In this document: positions 30,311 through 40,015 of the stretch, one piece after another | Position numbering within the stretch: the first letter of the stretch is position 1 | Layout of the letters: every line of letters begins with the position of its first letter | Assembly (NCBI GenBank): GCA_934183325.1 | Contig: CAKPSH010000007.1 | Span: 1,029 to 65,028, forward strand | Origin: an uncultured Clostridia bacterium | Lineage (GTDB): Bacteria > Bacillota > Clostridia > TANB77 > CAG-508 | Direction: 5' to 3' | Length of the DNA: 64,000 bases | Notes under the pieces: generated by a model | What the model saw: only the letters and a program-made list of their open reading frames with translations | Database searches by the model: none | What the model was told of the DNA's origin: nothing | Position numbers and translations under genes: made by a program

Positions 30311-31951
30311 TTATTCAACTTCTTTTGCATATATACCAAGCTTTTCAAGCATTTTTACTATTTTAGTTCCATAAGGAATCATTTTTATTTCTTCCTTAGA
30401 TAAAATCTTAAGTGCAACTACAGCTAATAAATATATAATTATTGCAAATACTATTGCTATTATTGTTGCAATTCTTGTAGAAATTATACCTGATAAAATA
30501 AAATATAAATAATATGAGCATATTCCCATTATTGCTGTTGCAATTATAGGTTTTATTACACATTTTCCAAATTTCAAATCCAATTTTATAGTTTTGGCTA
30601 AAACTATGTAACTTAATCCAAATGCAACAATATTATTTACAATAGAAGCAATTGTTGCTCCATATACTCCTATTTCTGGAATTGGTATTAATTTTATATT
30701 CATAAATAATTTCACTAACAAACCAATAGTAGAGGTTATTGCTGGTACCATTATTTTTCCTAAGCCTTGTAATGCACCATTTACCGTTTGAGCCAGTACC
30801 GAAAATATTATTGTTACAGCTGTAACTTGTAATAATAATGCACCATTTGTTGCATTTGGGAATAATAATCCTATAATTTGTTCAGAAAATACCATCATTC
30901 CTATTGTACATGGAAGTCCTATTAATATTGAAACCAATATTGAAAAAGATATTCTTTTTCCTGCATTTTCTTTTTCACCTTTTGCAATAGCTGATGATAC
31001 ATAAGGAACTAATGCTGTTGCAAAGGCAATATTAAATGATAATGGTAAAGTTGTTAATGTATCTACTTTTCCACTTAATATTCCATATTGTGCTTTTGCT
31101 TCTGCTTCTGATAAAAATTTTTTTAAGCCTCTAACTACTGTTATTGAATCTATATTTTTATTTAATGTTGACATTATTGCACTTAAGGTTATTGGTGTTG
31201 ATACAAATAAAATTTTCTTAACTAGAGTTAAAACACTTTCTTTTTTGTAATTTACAGAATTTTTTATTTCCTCTGCAATACCTTTCTTATAAATATTATA
31301 GTATAAAGTTAAATATCCAAAACTTAATAATACAGATAATGTAGTAGCTAAATTTGCTCCTGCTGACATTAAGGCTGTATTTAAATTAGTCGTAAATCCT
31401 ACTATTTCTACTACTACAATTGTTAATATTGTTTTGAAAACTTGTTCTAATGTTTGAGATTTTGCTGTTACAGATATTTTCTCTCTTCCATTAAAATATC
31501 CTCTCATAACTGATGCAATTGTTACAAAAAATACTGATGGTGATAATGCAACAAGTGTCATTTCTGCTTCTGGGATTTGTAAAATTACTGATGAAATATA
31601 ACCTGCACCCACAAATAAGATCATTGTTCCAATGAATCCTATAATTCCAAAAGTTAATAATGATACTTTAAAAATTCTATGTGCACCTTTGCTGTCTCCT
31701 ACAACTACCCTTTCAGAAACTAATTTTGATATTGCATTTGGAACACCTATCGACGATATTGTAAGCAATAATGCATAAATTTGGTATCCACCACTCCTAA
31801 TTGCATTTCCTGTATCTCCAAATCCTTCTTTGTTTGTAAGATAAATTTGATAAACAAGACCTAACAATTTAATAAGAAGTTGTGAAACCATTAAAATCAA
31901 GACACTTTGCATGAAACCTTCTTTTTTGTTTCTTTTTTCTGTTTTCTCCAT
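30311..31951 (-). CDS. MOP-superfamily flippase (MurJ / SpoVB-like polysaccharide biosynthesis protein)
   Basis: About 14 TM helices with the N-terminal pattern QSVLILMVSQLLIKLLGLVYQIYLTN. Start moved to MEKTEK (ATG 31951) after GGGAAGGA. Confidence 0.8.
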   Translation of the reverse strand: MEKTEKRNKKEGFMQSVLILMVSQLLIKLLGLVYQIYLTNKEGFGDTGNAIRSGGYQIYALLLTISSIGVPNAISKLVSERVVVGDSKGAHRIFKVSLLTFGIIGFIGTMILFVGAGYISSVILQIPEAEMTLVALSPSVFFVTIASVMRGYFNGREKISVTAKSQTLEQVFKTILTIVVVEIVGFTTNLNTALMSAGANLATTLSVLLSFGYLTLYYNIYKKGIAEEIKNSVNYKKESVLTLVKKILFVSTPITLSAIMSTLNKNIDSITVVRGLKKFLSEAEAKAQYGILSGKVDTLTTLPLSFNIAFATALVPYVSSAIAKGEKENAGKRISFSILVSILIGLPCTIGMMVFSEQIIGLLFPNATNGALLLQVTAVTIIFSVLAQTVNGALQGLGKIMVPAITSTIGLLVKLFMNIKLIPIPEIGVYGATIASIVNNIVAFGLSYIVLAKTIKLDLKFGKCVIKPIIATAIMGICSYYLYFILSGIISTRIATIIAIVFAIIIYLLAVVALKILSKEEIKMIPYGTKIVKMLEKLGIYAKEVE

Positions 31952-32048
31952 ATTCCTTCCCTTCATTCTTATGTTTTGATTTTACTATTATATTATTAAC
32001 TTTATTTTTTATCAATAATTTATAAAAATTCTTTTATACTTGCTCCAA

Positions 32049-32113
32049 GAACAAAAGCGGACATTAATAACATTTCTACTAATTAAGGAATTTTTAAGTC
32101 CGCGTCTTTGTTC
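32049..32113. other. long-range inverted repeat enclosing an AT-rich loop
   Basis: GAACAAAAGCGGAC (32049-32062) pairs with GTCCGCGTCTTTGTTC (32098-32113). Lies in the 5' region of the flippase gene. Function unknown. Confidence 0.3.
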
Positions 32114-32190
32114 TCGTGCCAAAATTACTATGTAATTTTGTGTACAATGTATTTTATATACTAAAAAGTTCAGAGAACTTTCTTAGTATA

Positions 32191-32311
32191 TAAAAAACAA
32201 GAATAACATTTTCTAAGTGCCAAAGGCACATAAGAAAATTTAATTCTTCCATAATTATCTTCTAAGGAAACTCTCTATTTCATAGATGACTTTCCTAAGA
32301 ATATAAAAAAA
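32191..32311 (+). repeat. ~118-bp terminator-associated dispersed repeat, copy 3 (full length)
   Basis: One substitution relative to copies 2 and 4 (CTCTCTATTT vs CTCACTATTT). Preceded by a 17-bp hairpin at 32155-32192. Confidence 0.9.
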
Positions 32312-32345
32312 GACAACAGCAGTGGCTAAACAATCCACTGCTGTT
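32304..32345 (-). terminator. terminator of the 223-aa membrane-protein gene
   Basis: AACAGCAGTGG (32315-32325) pairs with CCACTGCTGTT (32335-32345). Its U-tract is the A-run that ends repeat copy 3. Confidence 0.75.
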
Positions 32346-32352
32346 ATCTTTT

Positions 32353-33024
32353 TTAATGTTTCTTTATTACTGTCTCGTATCCTAAATCATAAAGTTTATT
32401 AAATCTCTCCCACAAAATCGCTGACGCAAAATACGAAATGATCAAAATACAATTTAATGTTACCTCTCCCTGTTTTAGTACAGTTGTTAGCACAATTGGG
32501 ATATACCACAAAATGTTAATCACTCCTGAGGTTACAAATGTTGTAAGCATAACATCAGTTCTTATTTCGTAAGAAGGCTCAGCAACCGTACACACCCATG
32601 TAGCTTTTCTTTCTTTACTTATGATGCTTGATAGCGCAATCGCTACACCAATCATAACCGTTTTGTTATATTTAGTTATATTTTCACTGATACTTCTCAT
32701 TATTAAACTAAATACTACAGACCCCATCATAACACATTGAAAATACTGTATTTTCTTACCTAACAATTCGTCTACCTTTATTCCAAAGCTAAAAGTTAAA
32801 ATAGAAATAAGATAAATTGCATAAAACAAGCAAAAATTATTTCTATCCCCAACATACATTCTCAGATACTGTGCTCCTACAATTGTGTATTCAGATTTGC
32901 TTTTTTCCATTGCAAAACATATAACTTGAATTAAATCAGAAAAAAGTATGTGCATTAGTTTTGCAAAGAAATAAGTGTAAATCACCCGCTGAAGATTGCT
33001 AAAGAACCATTTTTGTTTCTGCAT
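32353..33024 (-). CDS. polytopic membrane protein, unknown function
   Basis: ORF 32353-33039, start moved to MQKQKWFF (ATG 33024), 8 nt after GGAGG. About 6 hydrophobic segments. Confidence 0.6.
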   Translation of the reverse strand: MQKQKWFFSNLQRVIYTYFFAKLMHILFSDLIQVICFAMEKSKSEYTIVGAQYLRMYVGDRNNFCLFYAIYLISILTFSFGIKVDELLGKKIQYFQCVMMGSVVFSLIMRSISENITKYNKTVMIGVAIALSSIISKERKATWVCTVAEPSYEIRTDVMLTTFVTSGVINILWYIPIVLTTVLKQGEVTLNCILIISYFASAILWERFNKLYDLGYETVIKKH

Positions 33025-33175
33025 TAGGAAGTCCTCCATTTCTTTTAGTTCTTATATTATATACTTTTTAATTAATTATGTCAATTAGCAGAATATTATT
33101 ATTATATTTTGTAACAATTTTGTCTTAACACTTGTTTTTTTCTATAATTTATGGGATAATATATGAAGTAAAATT

Positions 33176-35476
33176 TTGTTGAAAGTGGTGGGAATTTTGA
33201 AATATATAGACAAATTTCTAAAAATATTAAAAACAGATAGAAATACTTTTTTTACATATGTACTAACATTAATATCAATATATATAGCAATTGATAGAGT
33301 AGTTGAGTTACTATTCCTATGTTTAACAGGTATTTCTGTATCATATTGGGGACCGATAGCATATACAATTGCATTTGCCTGTCCTGTATTTGCATTTTTG
33401 TTTTCATTTTCATCTAAGTTTGTTAAGGATACAACTCAAAAATTTGCATTTACAATTTTGTATATTATTATGTTATATATAATGGCTATTTCAATGTTTG
33501 TTCAATGGTTTAACCAGGCTGGTTGGTTGCTTTTACTTTCTGTACCAAATTATGCAGAAATTGTTACAAATTTTTATCCTGAAGTAAAAAGAGCTTTTTG
33601 TGCAATAGCAATATATCTACCAGTAACTACATTTTTCTCATTATTCTGGTTTATATATACAGAGTTAAATGATACTCCTTTAGAGTATCAATCTATAATG
33701 GACTATACTGGACTTGATATTTCTAAGAAGCCTGAAAAACTTGGACCTTATGCATATGAAATTGCTTTTGGAACTGACTATGAAACAGGAGCTCCTGCAA
33801 AAATAGTTGATGTAAGAAGATATGAGCCTACATTTATATGTGGAACATCAGGAACAGGAAAAACTTCCCTTGTTTTTGAACCCATGATTGCTCATGATAT
33901 AAAACAAAAAAGTTTCTTTAAAGAATCTTCTAAAGCTTTAGGTTATGTTGCTTTAAAAACAGGTCTTGCATCACTAAGCTGTCCTTATGATAATGAATAT
34001 TTAAATAAAAATTTCAATCTTAATATGTTAACAATAAATGATGGAAAAGAAAAATTATATAAAGCATATATGCATAAAATGCTTTTAAATGAAAATTCAT
34101 TAGTTTATAGAGATTTAGGAATAACCTTTCTTTCTCCAGACTATGAAGCAACCTCTCACATGATGGATGTTGCAGATAATTTTAATATTCCTTATACATT
34201 AGTTGATCCATCAAATTCAAAATCAGCTGGTATAAATCCATTTGCTTATGGTTCTCCTGAAGAAGTTGCTGTAGTAATCTCTACAATATTATCTAATACA
34301 TACTTTTCATTACATCCAACACCAGAAGAAGCTTATGCACAAAATCTTTCTTCTCAAGCTGTTGAAAATTTATCTATTTTATTAAGCGAAATGTATCCAA
34401 GATTACATGATGGTGCACTGGCAAATATTGAAGATATTCTAGATATGCTTAATAATTTTGATTTAATATTAGATTTATGTAAAAAGGTAGAAGAAATACC
34501 TGAGTTAGCCGTAAAATATAAATTACAATTAAACTATTTTAGAAAATATTTTGCTCCAGGTGATTTTATTCAACAAACAGAATCATCAATATATTCTGCA
34601 ATAAATCAATTAGATAGTATTTTAAGAATGAGTGGTTTGAGAAATATTTTATGTAATAGAACTAATAATATAAATTTTGAGGATGCTTTAAAAAATGGTG
34701 AACTTATATTTGTATGTACAAGACGTGGAGATTTAGGCCCTATGCTTCATAAAGCTTTTGGATTATTCTTTATATTATCAATGCAATATGCTGTATTAAA
34801 AAGACCTGGAAATGAAAATACTCGTATTCCAAACTTTTTATACATTGATGAATTTTCAGACTTTATATGTAAAAATACTTTACCTCTATTTACAATGTAT
34901 AGAAAATATAGAGTTGGAACCATTATATCTACTCAAAATATAGATCAATTAGATGCATTTGAAGGCTCTAAACAAACAATTCTTGCTAATTGTACAACTA
35001 AAATGGTATTTGGAAATAATAGTCCTAAAGATAATGAATTCTGGTCTAAAGAACTTGGATATAAGAAGAAATGGTTAATGAGTGTTGACTATCATCTTGA
35101 GCCTGGAAATAATCATTCTAGTGACCTAAAAGGTGCTAAATGGGATTGGACACCTTACTTTAAACCTGAAGCAATTCAAAACTTTAAGTTTAAAATTGCT
35201 GGATTTAAGTCTAAAGATGAAAAAGGAAAAACCTATGCAGCTAAGGTTACATTAAATTTCTTGGACTCTGAATATAAGGAACCTCATTCTTCAAAGACAT
35301 ATGATTTCAGTAAATATAATTCATCAACTGTTGCTGATCAAAATACTCATTCCAAAAATGATTATGGGCTTTCATATGATAACGGCTCAGATCCAATTCA
35401 AGCAGATCCAAATTTATTATTTCACAACGATGATGCAATAATATTCGATATAAATAAGCATAATAATAATAATTAA
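33176..35476 (+). CDS. type IV coupling protein-like (TraD/TraG/VirD4-type) membrane ATPase
   Basis: About 5 N-terminal TM helices, Walker A GTSGTGKTS, Walker B FLYIDEFSDF, N-rich tail. No ATG near the 5' end, so a TTG/GTG start somewhere in 33176-33200 is uncertain. Confidence 0.75.
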   Translation: MLKVVGILKYIDKFLKILKTDRNTFFTYVLTLISIYIAIDRVVELLFLCLTGISVSYWGPIAYTIAFACPVFAFLFSFSSKFVKDTTQKFAFTILYIIMLYIMAISMFVQWFNQAGWLLLLSVPNYAEIVTNFYPEVKRAFCAIAIYLPVTTFFSLFWFIYTELNDTPLEYQSIMDYTGLDISKKPEKLGPYAYEIAFGTDYETGAPAKIVDVRRYEPTFICGTSGTGKTSLVFEPMIAHDIKQKSFFKESSKALGYVALKTGLASLSCPYDNEYLNKNFNLNMLTINDGKEKLYKAYMHKMLLNENSLVYRDLGITFLSPDYEATSHMMDVADNFNIPYTLVDPSNSKSAGINPFAYGSPEEVAVVISTILSNTYFSLHPTPEEAYAQNLSSQAVENLSILLSEMYPRLHDGALANIEDILDMLNNFDLILDLCKKVEEIPELAVKYKLQLNYFRKYFAPGDFIQQTESSIYSAINQLDSILRMSGLRNILCNRTNNINFEDALKNGELIFVCTRRGDLGPMLHKAFGLFFILSMQYAVLKRPGNENTRIPNFLYIDEFSDFICKNTLPLFTMYRKYRVGTIISTQNIDQLDAFEGSKQTILANCTTKMVFGNNSPKDNEFWSKELGYKKKWLMSVDYHLEPGNNHSSDLKGAKWDWTPYFKPEAIQNFKFKIAGFKSKDEKGKTYAAKVTLNFLDSEYKEPHSSKTYDFSKYNSSTVADQNTHSKNDYGLSYDNGSDPIQADPNLLFHNDDAIIFDINKHNNNN

Positions 35477-35564
35477 CTAAAATAAGAACTATAATCCTTA
35501 AAGGATTATAGTTCTTTTAAAAATGTAAAAAGCCTTCATTAAAATTGAAGGCTCTTATATTATT

Positions 35565-36512
35565 CTATTTATTATCTAATAATTTTAATTCTACATTTTC
35601 CATTTTGTACTTATTCGTTTCTTCATCTAGTTTAAATTCAATAAGGGAATTTGATAAGCTTTCCTGATTTTGCCTTAAATCTGTTGTAAAGTATAATTTT
35701 ATCTTTGGAATCTCTAATCCCTTTAAAACTATATTTTTGTATGTTTCAACTATATGTTTTTCATCCTCACAATCAATTATTAATTGTGGAAGTGATTCAT
35801 ATCCAGAATCTCCTGGTGTATAATTTGTATAAAAATCTGAATAAAATTTCATTTTATCTTCTAGCTTTTTCTCCCAGTCATCTTCTCTTCTAATTACTTC
35901 AAATAAAAATGAAATTGACTTACCATTTTTAGCTAATTTTACATTTCCACCAGTAGCTCTAAATGTTTTTCCTAATGATTTAGCTGTTAATTGTGGTTTT
36001 ACAATATATGAATCAAATGCAGGAACTTTTCTTAAATAAGCAAGTAATATTTGATTTCCTGCTAATCTCTTTTTTATCATTCCTACTGGTTTTGTGTTAT
36101 CACTAGGTTGCCATTTACATTCTATTCCTCTTGATTCTATTAAATATTTTCCCATTTTTTCAAGTGAATATACTCTATATGTTCCTTTTCCCTCTTCAAT
36201 AGATGAAAAGTAATATCTAGTAAGCATTTTTGATTTTATCATTTGCTCTAATTTATTATTTAATTTATCTTGATTTCCATATTCTACACCTTTGCTATCA
36301 AGTACTTGGCATAATTGTCTTGATGTTATAAATTCAAATTCATTTAAAATTTCTAATATTTTAAAATGTAATTCATTTATATGTCCTAAGTTTATCTTGT
36401 TAACAATTTGTTGCATTGACACATATCCATCTTTTCCATCAAATACTTTTATTTCACCTTTTTTTACAGCAAATGGTGATACTTTTGCTTCAATTTGATT
36501 ATCTTCAATCAT
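35565..36512 (-). CDS. replication-relaxation family-like protein (putative wHTH DNA-processing protein)
   Basis: 315 aa. N-terminal winged-helix-like segment (LHFKILEILNEFEFITSRQLCQVL) and overall layout resemble PF13814-type proteins that accompany coupling ATPases in Firmicutes elements. GGAGGA SD 8 nt from the ATG. Confidence 0.55.
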   Translation of the reverse strand: MIEDNQIEAKVSPFAVKKGEIKVFDGKDGYVSMQQIVNKINLGHINELHFKILEILNEFEFITSRQLCQVLDSKGVEYGNQDKLNNKLEQMIKSKMLTRYYFSSIEEGKGTYRVYSLEKMGKYLIESRGIECKWQPSDNTKPVGMIKKRLAGNQILLAYLRKVPAFDSYIVKPQLTAKSLGKTFRATGGNVKLAKNGKSISFLFEVIRREDDWEKKLEDKMKFYSDFYTNYTPGDSGYESLPQLIIDCEDEKHIVETYKNIVLKGLEIPKIKLYFTTDLRQNQESLSNSLIEFKLDEETNKYKMENVELKLLDNK

Positions 36513-36688
36513 TGATTATTTCCTCCTTATAATGAATATAATTGATATTCACTTTGCATGTACATTTTCATTATAAGCCATTTACCAATATTTTGCAAGT
36601 TTTTTTATTTATTTTTTCTTATTTATTGCATTATGTCAATATATGTTGTATAATGTATAAAATTGTAATATATAAGGTAGGTATTATA

Positions 36689-37306
36689 ATGAAAACAATA
36701 ATTATAGGAGTTGCCGGTGGTAGTGGATCTGGTAAAACTACATTGGCACAAAATTTACAAAAAGAATTTCAAGATGATATTCTTTTATTATCTCACGATT
36801 TTTACTATAAACGTCATGATGAATTATCTTTTGATGAAAGAAAGAAATTAAATTATGATCATCCTGATGCCTTTGATACTTCGCTTTTAATAGAACATTT
36901 AAAAGAATTAAAAAAAGGCCATTCTATTGAACATCCAGTTTATTCTTTTATAAATCATAATCGAGAAGATTTTACTGTTAAAGTTGAACCTAAAAAGATT
37001 ATAATTGTTGAAGGTATTCTTATCTTTGAAAACAAAGAATTATGCAATATGATGGATATAAAAATATTTGTTGATACTGACGCAGATATACGTTTCATTA
37101 GAAGACTTGTTAGAGATGTTAATGAAAGAGGAAGAAGTATTGATTCAGTAATTACTCAATACTGTGATACAGTTAAACCTATGCATGAGCAATTTGTTGA
37201 ATATAGTAAAAAGAATGCTAACATAATTGTTCCAGAAGGCGGAGATAATGTTATAGCATTAGATATGATAACACAACATATAAAAAATATGTTACCTAAT
37301 TTATAA
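36689..37306 (+). CDS. udk: uridine kinase
   Basis: ORF 36542-37306, start moved to MKTIIIGVAGGSGSGKTT (ATG 36689). P-loop and the uridine kinase core. Confidence 0.95.
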   Translation: MKTIIIGVAGGSGSGKTTLAQNLQKEFQDDILLLSHDFYYKRHDELSFDERKKLNYDHPDAFDTSLLIEHLKELKKGHSIEHPVYSFINHNREDFTVKVEPKKIIIVEGILIFENKELCNMMDIKIFVDTDADIRFIRRLVRDVNERGRSIDSVITQYCDTVKPMHEQFVEYSKKNANIIVPEGGDNVIALDMITQHIKNMLPNL

Positions 37307-37348
37307 AAGATATACTATTTTTGTAGATAATTTTCATAAAATATAACC

Positions 37349-37390
37349 AAAACACCGCCCTGGCATTTAATGTCAGGGCGGTGTTTTTTG
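37349..37390 (+). terminator. intrinsic terminator of udk
   Basis: AACACCGCCCTG (37351-37362) pairs with CAGGGCGGTGTT (37374-37385), followed by TTTTT. Confidence 0.85.
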
Positions 37391-37411
37391 TTCCACGTAT
37401 TTTATTTATAT

Positions 37412-37532
37412 TAAAAAAACAAGAATAACATTTTCTAAGTGCCAAAGGCACATAAGAAAATTTAATTCTTCCATAATTATCTTCTAAGGAAACTCACTAT
37501 TTCATAGATGACTTTCCTAAGAATATAAAAAA
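37412..37532 (+). repeat. ~118-bp terminator-associated dispersed repeat, copy 4 (full length)
   Basis: Core identical to copy 2. Confidence 0.9.
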
Positions 37533-37540
37533 TCATAAAT

Positions 37541-37571
37541 TTAAGGAGTACTACTATGTAATACTCCTTAA
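37541..37571 (-). terminator. stem-loop after the SSB-like gene
   Basis: TTAAGGAGTA/TACTCCTTAA hairpin followed on the minus strand by AUUUAUGAUUUUUU, which runs into repeat copy 4. Confidence 0.6.
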
Positions 37572-37600
37572 TATATGTGATTTATATGGTGTAGGCTTTT

Positions 37601-38314
37601 TTATACAGCTTCTTGATTTTCTGTATTTTCTACAGTATTCTCTGTTGATGTTTCTCCATCTTCTTTTATAACTTCTAAGCTTGATATTGAAACTTCATAA
37701 GCTGTTCTATCTTCAACTGTTCCATCTTCGTGTTTCTTTTGATACACTCTTGATTGAACTCTTCCTATTGCTTTTACTTGTGTTCCTGTTTCTAATGTAT
37801 CGCAAAATCTAGCTGTTCTTCCCCAAGCAATAGCAGGAATGTAATCTGATTTACTATAAGCTCTATTTACTGCTAATAATGCATCTGCAATTTCACGTCC
37901 AAAAGGAGTTTTTCTATAAATAGGCTTTTTGCAAATATGACCAATTAATGTAACTTCATTTGATACATTTAAATCAATGTCACCATCTGTCTCTGCTCTA
38001 CTTTCAATTTCTTCTTCTGGAATTATGTCTTTTGCAAATACAGTTAGTACTAATCTACTTTTTTCATTTTCATAACTATTATATGATCTAAATTGTCCTT
38101 TTACAATTACTTTTTTTCCAATTTCTAATTCTCCATCTTTAATTAGTCTTTCTGAAATTGTTATTGGTATTAAATCGTAAGTTTCACTTAAACGAGGTAT
38201 TTCCATATCAAATATGTAAAAACTTTCTCCATAAATTTCATGACTAAATCTCTTTTCACTTGCTACTTTTCCAACCAATACTAAATGGTTATTTTCTGAA
38301 TAATTTGTATTCAA
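37601..38314 (-). CDS. single-stranded DNA-binding (SSB/OB-fold) family protein with two OB-like halves
   Basis: ORF 37601-38395. ATG 38395 has no SD, whereas GGGAGG lies 8 nt before TTG 38314 (NTNYSENNHLVLVGKV...). Two repeats of the VxLxGxV...G...V.V.G.....Y pattern and an acidic tail. Confidence 0.6.
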   Translation of the reverse strand: MNTNYSENNHLVLVGKVASEKRFSHEIYGESFYIFDMEIPRLSETYDLIPITISERLIKDGELEIGKKVIVKGQFRSYNSYENEKSRLVLTVFAKDIIPEEEIESRAETDGDIDLNVSNEVTLIGHICKKPIYRKTPFGREIADALLAVNRAYSKSDYIPAIAWGRTARFCDTLETGTQVKAIGRVQSRVYQKKHEDGTVEDRTAYEVSISSLEVIKEDGETSTENTVENTENQEAV

Positions 38315-38431
38315 TTTCTTTTCCTCCCTATTTTTCTTTAATTTTTCTATTGTTTTTTTAACTAATTTCGTCGTACAATACCTATTATACAACATTTTTT
38401 TGTCTTTGTCTACATAATTTGTTAAATATTT

Positions 38432-38941
38432 TCAGTTTTTTTGACTAATTTTTCCATATAATAGCATAATTGATGATATTCCTATAAGATTATTTGTATT
38501 TATGCCTATATTTTCTTGAAAAGAAGTTATCTTTATTTCTTGTTGTTCTATAACCTTATCTTCTATATCCTTTATTTTCCTCTGAATACACAATAAAATA
38601 TCTTCTTCTACGCTTGAAGCTGTAATCGTTGACTTTGGGTTAAATCCAAAAGTTATAACATTTAAAGTTTTTTCTGGAATAATTTCCAAATTAATTTCCT
38701 CATCTGCATTTATAATTAAGTATTTTGCATTTTCTATTATTTTTTTTATTGCTTCCGTATTGCTCTTTAAAATCGCACTATTTTCTGCTATTAAGATAGT
38801 TTCAAATTTTATATTTTTTAAATTTTCAACACTATTTGAATTTATAATAAAAATATTTGTTTCCTTCTCGAAGCAATTTTCCAGTATTTTTTTTATTATT
38901 TTTTCACTTTTAGAATCCGAAATAATCCCTATAAATGGCAT
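38432..38941 (-). CDS. hypothetical protein (169 aa)
   Basis: AAGGAG SD. No motif recognised. Confidence 0.55.
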   Translation of the reverse strand: MPFIGIISDSKSEKIIKKILENCFEKETNIFIINSNSVENLKNIKFETILIAENSAILKSNTEAIKKIIENAKYLIINADEEINLEIIPEKTLNVITFGFNPKSTITASSVEEDILLCIQRKIKDIEDKVIEQQEIKITSFQENIGINTNNLIGISSIMLLYGKISQKN

Positions 38942-38996
38942 AATCTTTTTTCTCCTTATTTTTATTGTGTATTATTTTTTCTTTTTTATTCAATTA

Positions 38997-39728
38997 TTAA
39001 TACACTTTATCTAATGCGACAATTTTATATTCTCTATTCTTTAATTCTTTTATTACAAGTTTTAGTTCTTCTATAATATATTTTGAATTTGAATTCATAT
39101 TTATAATATCTCCATTTGTAAGTTTTACCTTTATGTTATTCCATATTGTCTCTGCTTCAATTCCTTGATAATCTAATGTATCTATATTTCCTCTTATAAC
39201 TTTTAAATTTTTCTCTTTACAGGCTTTTAAAACATTATCGTTTTCTACACTGCAAGGAATTTTAAAAAGTCTTATTTGCTTTTTTAATAAAGTATCTATT
39301 TTATTTACGCCTTCTGATATTTCTTTCACACTATCATTATAGTTTAATGTACTTAGATTTTTATAATTATTAGACATAGTTAAAATACAATTTGTTTTTT
39401 CATCCATCTTTTTTACTATTTCAGGATATTTTTTTACCCATTCTCCATATAATGCAAAATTTATTTCTATCTGCTCACTATCTAAAATTTCAAAAATTCT
39501 TTCTATATTATTATCATTTTCAAAACAATTAATTATAATTGCTACTTCTTTTTCTTTTGTATTAAACTTATCTATATACTCACTTTCTTCTTTAATCTCG
39601 CTCGATGTTATTAATGTTTCTATATTATTTGCTTCAGATAATACACTTGCTGTAAAAAAAAGAACAACCACTGTGCTGAACACTACTAAATATGAATAAA
39701 TTTTAGGTTTATTAAAAACAAAAAACAT
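38997..39728 (-). CDS. membrane-anchored, degenerate polysaccharide deacetylase (NodB-fold)-like protein
   Basis: ORF 38997-39752, start moved to MFFVFNKP (ATG 39728) after GGAGG. The layout parallels NodB motifs but the catalytic residues are replaced (see finding). Confidence 0.5.
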   Translation of the reverse strand: MFFVFNKPKIYSYLVVFSTVVVLFFTASVLSEANNIETLITSSEIKEESEYIDKFNTKEKEVAIIINCFENDNNIERIFEILDSEQIEINFALYGEWVKKYPEIVKKMDEKTNCILTMSNNYKNLSTLNYNDSVKEISEGVNKIDTLLKKQIRLFKIPCSVENDNVLKACKEKNLKVIRGNIDTLDYQGIEAETIWNNIKVKLTNGDIINMNSNSKYIIEELKLVIKELKNREYKIVALDKVY

Positions 39729-39818
39729 AAACTTTCCTCCTAACTTACACACGCATTACATTTATATGCTTTCGGATGAAAATTTATGCTTTTACATCAT
39801 TATTCAATTATTTTTAAT

Positions 39819-40013
39819 TTATCTATACACTGTATTATCTACTATTTCATTTTTTACTGTATTTTGTGTCACATTTTCCGCTTCAGTCCTTAATGAAAAT
39901 CCATTTTCTCCAAGTGCTAATAATATAGTAAATGCCACAATAACCATCACTACTGCTGCAACTACTGTGAATTGAACTTTTGTTAATCCTTTTTCTTCTT
40001 TTAAAAATTTCAT
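39819..40013 (-). CDS. small single-TM protein, unknown function
   Basis: 64-aa ORF starting 2 nt after the topA stop. Hydrophobic segment FTVVAAVVMVIVAFTILLAL. Confidence 0.5.
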   Translation of the reverse strand: MKFLKEEKGLTKVQFTVVAAVVMVIVAFTILLALGENGFSLRTEAENVTQNTVKNEIVDNTVYR

Positions 40014-40015
40014 TT

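Noticed and set aside
39819-40013. Type IV prepilin call for the 64-aa protein
   Set aside because: The N-terminus (KGLTKVQF) lacks the G-F/M-T-L-x-E prepilin peptidase motif, and there is no Glu at +5.
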